The translations under genes were made by a program, and so were the position numbers. Below, piece by piece: positions 59,038-64,000 of a stretch of DNA of 64,000 bases; position 1 is the first letter of the stretch; every line of letters starts with the position of its first letter. The stretch lies in NCBI GenBank assembly GCA_016194975.1, contig JACQAM010000005.1, positions 7,536 through 71,535 on the forward strand, given 5' to 3'. This DNA is from Bacteroidota bacterium. Lineage in GTDB: Bacteria; Bacteroidota; Bacteroidia; Palsa-965. The notes under the pieces are model-generated. The model was not told the DNA's origin, did no database searches, and was given only the letters and a program-made list of their open reading frames with translations.

Positions 59038-59610
59038 TCAAAGTTTTTTTTCATCGAGCAGCAATTTCACTTTCAGGATCGCGGTCACAGAAAGTGAATC
59101 TGTTATTTTTCCATCGCAAACCAGGCGGTAAGCATCATGGAATGGAATTTTTATCAATTGCAGATCTTCATCTTCCCCGGGCTCCGCTTCGCCTATTACA
59201 ATTTCTTCTGCGAGATACAAATAACAATATTCATCCGTCGCAGAATTACTCAACTGCATTTCCTGGATGAGCGTCCATTTTTTTGCGGTGATGCCGGCCT
59301 CCTCTTTCAATTCGCGTTTTGCCGATTCGAGCGGAGGAATTTCTGTGGAGCCACCGCCTTCGGGAATCTCCCAGGTGTATTCATTCACAGGATAACGATA
59401 TTGCCCGACGAGAAAAGTATTTTTTTCCCCGTCGAGAACAATGATTCCTATTGCAAAATTTTTAAAATGAACGACCGAATAAATTCCGGGATGGCCGTTT
59501 GGATCTGTCACGTCATGTTTTGTAACGCTGATCCACGGCGACTCATAAATTTTTTCAGTGTAATGAGTTTTCCACGGATTATTCTCCGGCGATACGGGCA
59601 ACTCTTTCAT
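59038..59610 (-). CDS. NUDIX hydrolase (ADP-ribose pyrophosphatase-like)
   Basis: QYRYP, WEIPEG, Nudix box G...E...SAKRELKEEAG. Confidence 0.9.
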   Translation of the reverse strand: MKELPVSPENNPWKTHYTEKIYESPWISVTKHDVTDPNGHPGIYSVVHFKNFAIGIIVLDGEKNTFLVGQYRYPVNEYTWEIPEGGGSTEIPPLESAKRELKEEAGITAKKWTLIQEMQLSNSATDEYCYLYLAEEIVIGEAEPGEDEDLQLIKIPFHDAYRLVCDGKITDSLSVTAILKVKLLLDEKKL

Positions 59611-61829
59611 TTCACAAATTCCATTTCATTCATCAGGTATCCTGCGCCTGCATATTTATCAATGATAAAAAGCGTGTAACGCACATCGAGCACGATATTC
59701 CTGCAGAGTTTCGGATCATAATTCACATCGCTCATCGTTCCTTCCCAGCAACGATCGAAATTTGTTCCGATTAGATCTCCATTCGCATCAAGCACCGGGC
59801 TTCCGGAATTTCCGCCGGTCGTATGATTGGTTGCAATAAATGACGTATGGAGTTTCCCGTCTTTTTTATCGGCATACGGCCCGTAATCTTTTTTCTCCCA
59901 GAGTTCGTGCAGGCGCGCGGGAACTTTGTAATCGAAACTTGAATTATCTTCTTTCTCCATCACACCATCGAGCGTAGAATACCAACTGTACTGCACACCA
60001 TCGCGCGGAGAATAATCATCGATCTTTCCATAAGCAACACGCAGCGTAAAATTCGCATCGGGATAAAATTTCTTTTCAGGAAAAACTTCTTCCATCGCTT
60101 TCATGTAACGGCGTTGCAAAGCATTTATGATTGCATTGAATTTCATATAAGGATGGAGCGCAAAAACATCGTAATAGAGATAACTCGTTCCGGTGAGAAC
60201 AAATGCCGGATCCATGCTGATCTTTTTCCAATCGGAGGGTTTCCATTTACGCAACATGGAAAATAATTTTGCAGAATCGAGCAGAATTGATTTTGACCAG
60301 ATCATGTCGAGATATTTCTGCAGATCACCTTTGTATTTTTTCTGAACCGTAGAACAGAAGAACGGAAGAGCAAAACCATTTTTCTCATAAAATATTTTCG
60401 AAGGAATATCCAGTTGCGGATCGTAAGGATAAAGTGAATCGATGCCGTCCATCATTTTCGTGATGAGGGCGAATGCTTCTTCTTTGTCAACTTTTACGGA
60501 ATAGTTTTTATAAAAGTCAAGTGCGTAACCATAAACAGCATTCAGCGCGTTGTTGAGTTTTTTCACATCCAGGGTATCCGCCGAACTGTATTTGATCACA
60601 TCACTGAATTGATTTGCAAAACCGACAAGCTCCACCGAAAAAATTCCTTCGCTCATATAGTCCACCCCTTTTTCATAAGGAACAATTCCTTCGTTTGCTT
60701 TTTGGAGTGAAGGAAGAAGATCACCGTATTTATTTTTCAGCGCCGCATCGGCATTTATTTTTTTCGAGAAATCATCTTCACGCGCCTGCTTGAGCGCGAT
60801 GGTATTTGTTTCCTTCAATCCCTTTTCTTCGCCCTGCCATTTTTTCCACGCATTCGCCGCACCGTTCCTCTTCGCTGCATATTTCATTTTCACTTCCGGA
60901 TCTTTTTTCATTTCATCTTCCATGATCGTGATACGCGTGGTGCGCATATCCACTTTCACCGGGTCTGCAACATTCTCAAGGAGGCCGACTCCATAGGAAG
61001 TGAGGTACTCCGTTGTTCTTCCCGGGAATCCATACACCATGGTAAAATCATTTTCACCGACTCCATTTGCATTGATGCGGAAAAATTTTTTCGGTGTGTA
61101 AGGAATATTTTCTTTCGAATAATCTGCAGGATCGTTGTTTTTATCAGCGTAGATCCTGAACAAAGAAAAATCAGCAGTTTGCCGCGGCCACATCCAGTTA
61201 TCAGAATCTCCACCGAAATTTCCGATCTCCTGCGGGGGCGCGCCCACCATGCGCACGTCTTTGAACGTCTGTGTAACGAAAAGATAAAATACATTTCCAT
61301 AAAAGAACGGGCGCACAAAAGCATCAAAACCTTGTTTTGTATTTTCTTTTGCAAGCGCTTTTGAATTAACATCAATGATTTTATTTCTCGAAGCTTCACT
61401 CATTGTATCACTCACTCCAACGAGAATTTTATCCGTCACATCTTCCATACTCACAATGAAAGTTACCGTCAAACCCGGGCATGCAAGTTCCTGTTGCTGA
61501 TTCATTGCCCAGAATCCATTATCGAGATAATTATTTTCATTGCTGCTGTGAGATTGCAGGTAACCGAATCCGCAATGATGATTCGTGAGCAACAAACCTT
61601 TTGATGAAATGAGTTCTGCTGTGCAGCCACCGCCGAACTGGCACACGGCATCTTTCATACTGGAATGATTCACGCTGTAAATATCGTCGGCGCTCAGTTT
61701 GAATCCATTCGCGTGCATGTCGGTAATGTTCAATTCATCGAGCAGGATGGGCAGCCACATTCCTTCGTCGGCTTTGAGAATGGAGAATGAAGAGAGAAGA
61801 AAAAGAAAGAAGAAGAGAAAACGTTTCAT
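59607..61829 (-). CDS. S46 family dipeptidyl peptidase, DPP11-like
   Basis: DEGMWLP, TNHHC, DNWMWP, TTGGNSGSP, NFDRCWEG. Confidence 0.92.
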   Translation of the reverse strand: MKRFLFFFLFLLSSFSILKADEGMWLPILLDELNITDMHANGFKLSADDIYSVNHSSMKDAVCQFGGGCTAELISSKGLLLTNHHCGFGYLQSHSSNENNYLDNGFWAMNQQQELACPGLTVTFIVSMEDVTDKILVGVSDTMSEASRNKIIDVNSKALAKENTKQGFDAFVRPFFYGNVFYLFVTQTFKDVRMVGAPPQEIGNFGGDSDNWMWPRQTADFSLFRIYADKNNDPADYSKENIPYTPKKFFRINANGVGENDFTMVYGFPGRTTEYLTSYGVGLLENVADPVKVDMRTTRITIMEDEMKKDPEVKMKYAAKRNGAANAWKKWQGEEKGLKETNTIALKQAREDDFSKKINADAALKNKYGDLLPSLQKANEGIVPYEKGVDYMSEGIFSVELVGFANQFSDVIKYSSADTLDVKKLNNALNAVYGYALDFYKNYSVKVDKEEAFALITKMMDGIDSLYPYDPQLDIPSKIFYEKNGFALPFFCSTVQKKYKGDLQKYLDMIWSKSILLDSAKLFSMLRKWKPSDWKKISMDPAFVLTGTSYLYYDVFALHPYMKFNAIINALQRRYMKAMEEVFPEKKFYPDANFTLRVAYGKIDDYSPRDGVQYSWYSTLDGVMEKEDNSSFDYKVPARLHELWEKKDYGPYADKKDGKLHTSFIATNHTTGGNSGSPVLDANGDLIGTNFDRCWEGTMSDVNYDPKLCRNIVLDVRYTLFIIDKYAGAGYLMNEMEFVK

Positions 61830-61895
61830 TGGCAGAAAATTGAAACGTGAAGATAGTTAAACTGAAAACATTCGCTGTTCAGTTTTCAGAATTCC

Positions 61896-63683
61896 TCACT
61901 CCTGATTGGCAAATTCCACGAAGAAGGTGGATCCAACTCCCGGTTCACTTTCGACGCTGATCTTATTTCCAAGCGCTTCCACCTGTGTTTTGGTAATAAA
62001 TAATCCGAATCCTTTTGCATCGGGATGTTCATGGAAAACTTTTCTGATCCGGAAAATATCTTTCCTGTATTTTTTTAAATCGATACCGAGTCCATTATCG
62101 GCAACCGAAAGAATAATAATTTCTCCTTTCTTTTTTGTTGCAATAGTGATGACCGGTTTCCGCTCGGGCGAACTGTATTTAAGTGCATTCGTCAGGAGAT
62201 TATGAATGATGCTCTCTATATATTTTTTCGGATAACGGATCGCAGGAGCATCTTGCACATTCACATTGATCACCGCTTTGAGCCGGATCACTTCTTCAGA
62301 AACTGCTTCAAGCGTATTCTTAATGCATTGCGCAATGTCCACTTCATCCAATTCAATGGAAGTATCCTGCCTTACTTGCAACGATTCGAGCAGTTCCGAT
62401 AATGTTTCATTCAGATTGTTGACCACAGGGCGCATTTTGGAGAGGATGAGTTTTTGTTCTTTTTCGTTATCAGCATTCTCCACGAGGTTCAACAATTGCT
62501 TCATATTTCCCAGCGGAGAACGGAGATTATGTGAAAGGATATTGCAGAAATCTGTCAATTGATTATTCTGGAAAGAAAGCAACTCTGATTTCAGTTCAAC
62601 ATTCCTGTTTGCCTCAAGCAGGTGTTCCGTACGGTCATTTACTTTCTGTTCCAGTGCTTCATTCAGTAAACTGAGTTTTTCTTTTGCTCTCTTTCTTTGT
62701 TTAGCAAGGCGGATAAGCACGAAAACAAGTGCGAGCATGAAAATGAAAGTGATTAAAGCTACTACCAATTCAACCTGTCCCTGTGCGAGCAACTGTTCAT
62801 TCTTCCGGTTTATTTCTTCGAGATTTTTATTTTCATGATCGTCAAGCTGTGCCTTATACTGAACTTCCATCTCCGTCATTTTCTGATCATCCTGTTTGCT
62901 TTCTATTTTTGCAACCAAATCGTTAACCTCCAGCAGAAGTTCAAGCGCCTTTTTATCATTTCCTTTTTCGTGGTAAATTTCAAAGAGCGTTCGTTTAGCT
63001 AATAATTTATAATTGTCAATTCCGCAGGAATCACTAAGCCGGATTGCACGGCTAATATATTCTTCAGCAAGTTTATCATTTCCCATCGTACTGTAAACGC
63101 GCGCCATTTTTGTATAGCACAGTGGCAATTCGCACGATTCACCTTTCAATAAATACTGGCCGATCGCTTTATTGTAATAATCGAGGGATGAAGGATATTT
63201 TTTTTCAAGATAATCGCTGTAACCAAGTATCATGTAATTCACAGCATGGCCTCCATCTCTGAGACTCTTCACCGGGCTTTCTGCAATGGACATTTCCGAA
63301 TATTTTTTCGCATTGCCATAATCCAGCATGGTGAAATAACATTCCGCTACATCGCCATAAACGAGCGAACTGAATAATGCGCTGTCAATAATATTTCCCA
63401 GGTAACTCCTGCACTGGAGCAATGGAGCAACAGCATTGTCCGGTTTGCCGGAAGATTTTATTACATCGCCGAAAAGAAAATGGCCATAGAATTCCTCTAC
63501 GGGAGAAAGATCCTTCCTGCCGATGAATTTCAGCACAAGCGAATTCGCGGAATCAAATTGCCCGGCATAAGTAAATGTTGACACTTGTTTTTTCAATGAA
63601 TCAACAGCAGGACTCCATTGGGCCGGCAGGCGATCTTCACTGAGAACGATAAAGCAAAGAATGAGCAGTGCATTTTTTTTCAC
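61896..63683 (-). CDS. Membrane sensor histidine kinase with periplasmic TPR region
   Basis: Signal segment, TPR-like helices, TM VALITFIFMLALVFVLI, SHNLRSP H-box, NLLTNALKY, DNGLG, GFGLF. GTG start 63683 chosen. Confidence 0.87.
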   Translation of the reverse strand: MKKNALLILCFIVLSEDRLPAQWSPAVDSLKKQVSTFTYAGQFDSANSLVLKFIGRKDLSPVEEFYGHFLFGDVIKSSGKPDNAVAPLLQCRSYLGNIIDSALFSSLVYGDVAECYFTMLDYGNAKKYSEMSIAESPVKSLRDGGHAVNYMILGYSDYLEKKYPSSLDYYNKAIGQYLLKGESCELPLCYTKMARVYSTMGNDKLAEEYISRAIRLSDSCGIDNYKLLAKRTLFEIYHEKGNDKKALELLLEVNDLVAKIESKQDDQKMTEMEVQYKAQLDDHENKNLEEINRKNEQLLAQGQVELVVALITFIFMLALVFVLIRLAKQRKRAKEKLSLLNEALEQKVNDRTEHLLEANRNVELKSELLSFQNNQLTDFCNILSHNLRSPLGNMKQLLNLVENADNEKEQKLILSKMRPVVNNLNETLSELLESLQVRQDTSIELDEVDIAQCIKNTLEAVSEEVIRLKAVINVNVQDAPAIRYPKKYIESIIHNLLTNALKYSSPERKPVITIATKKKGEIIILSVADNGLGIDLKKYRKDIFRIRKVFHEHPDAKGFGLFITKTQVEALGNKISVESEPGVGSTFFVEFANQE

Positions 63684-63902
63684 TCGCCAAATCGAGTGCA
63701 GAAAAACTGCAACACTTCCGGGGAAACGGCAAAAAAGAAAATGACAGTCAAAAAATAACGGTCTCAATTCTGAAACGTATTGGCAAGAAATTCAATTTCA
63801 ATCAGGGAGGGCCGGGAAAAAGGGCAGAGGCCTTGTCAATACTACAAAAAAAAGGGAGATGAACAAATACTTTTCGACAGATATTCTGTTATCTGAGCCG
63901 AA

Positions 63903-64000
63903 TTATGCTTTTACTTTTTCAGCCGCATGATTCATCCTCTTCACATAAACTTTGATCGCAATGGCAAGCGTGGCAACGTAAAGCACGTAGCTCACCACGG
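63903..64000 (-). CDS. C-terminal fragment of a membrane protein (5' part outside the window)
   Basis: Manual translation ...VVSYVLYVATLAIAIKVYVKRMNHAAEKVKA*. Confidence 0.6.
   Translation of the reverse strand, partial: VVSYVLYVATLAIAIKVYVKRMNHAAEKVKA

Noticed and set aside
1-64000. CRISPR array, rRNA, prophage, transposase, defence island
   Set aside because: No regularly spaced direct repeats, rRNA-like sequence or recognisable phage, IS or defence proteins seen. The periodic arrays are short, degenerate and inverted rather than repeat-spacer.

Overview
Gene-dense core-genome segment of a Bacteroidota bacterium. The assignment rests on T9SS genes (porQ, a PorP/SprF family gene, type A and type B CTD cargo), TAnnTTTG -7 promoter boxes, type B L31 and the absence of Shine-Dalgarno motifs. 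About 59 CDS are present. Housekeeping genes: hemF, guaA, prmC, CCA enzyme, dapD, ruvX, def, cdaA, folP, tpiA, dacB, lon, xerD, trmD, rplS, bshC. Also present: a bioB-OMP-bioF-bioD-bioA-VUT/YhhQ operon, four T9SS cargo proteins, three tandem DUF6089/PorG-like outer-membrane barrels, a cytoplasmic V4R sensor kinase with a stand-alone receiver, and an orphan TPR sensor kinase. I saw no rRNA, canonical tRNA, CRISPR array, transposase or prophage. The unexplained signal is mostly intergenic: (i) a promoter-preceded 72-nt tRNA-like element upstream of ruvX; (ii) a 123-bp MITE-like rod; (iii) a Flavo-1-like RNA; (iv) a recurring set of inverted arrays with 7- or 8-nt periodicity that fill intergenic spacers and look like empty cassettes; (v) many genes whose -7 box lies 4-8 nt before the start codon (near-leaderless). 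The best candidate for an undescribed protein system is the biotin operon, which has no pimelate-moiety genes but carries a translationally coupled outer-membrane barrel and a VUT-family transporter. All family assignments are from motif recognition; no database search was run. Several start codons were moved relative to the ORF track.
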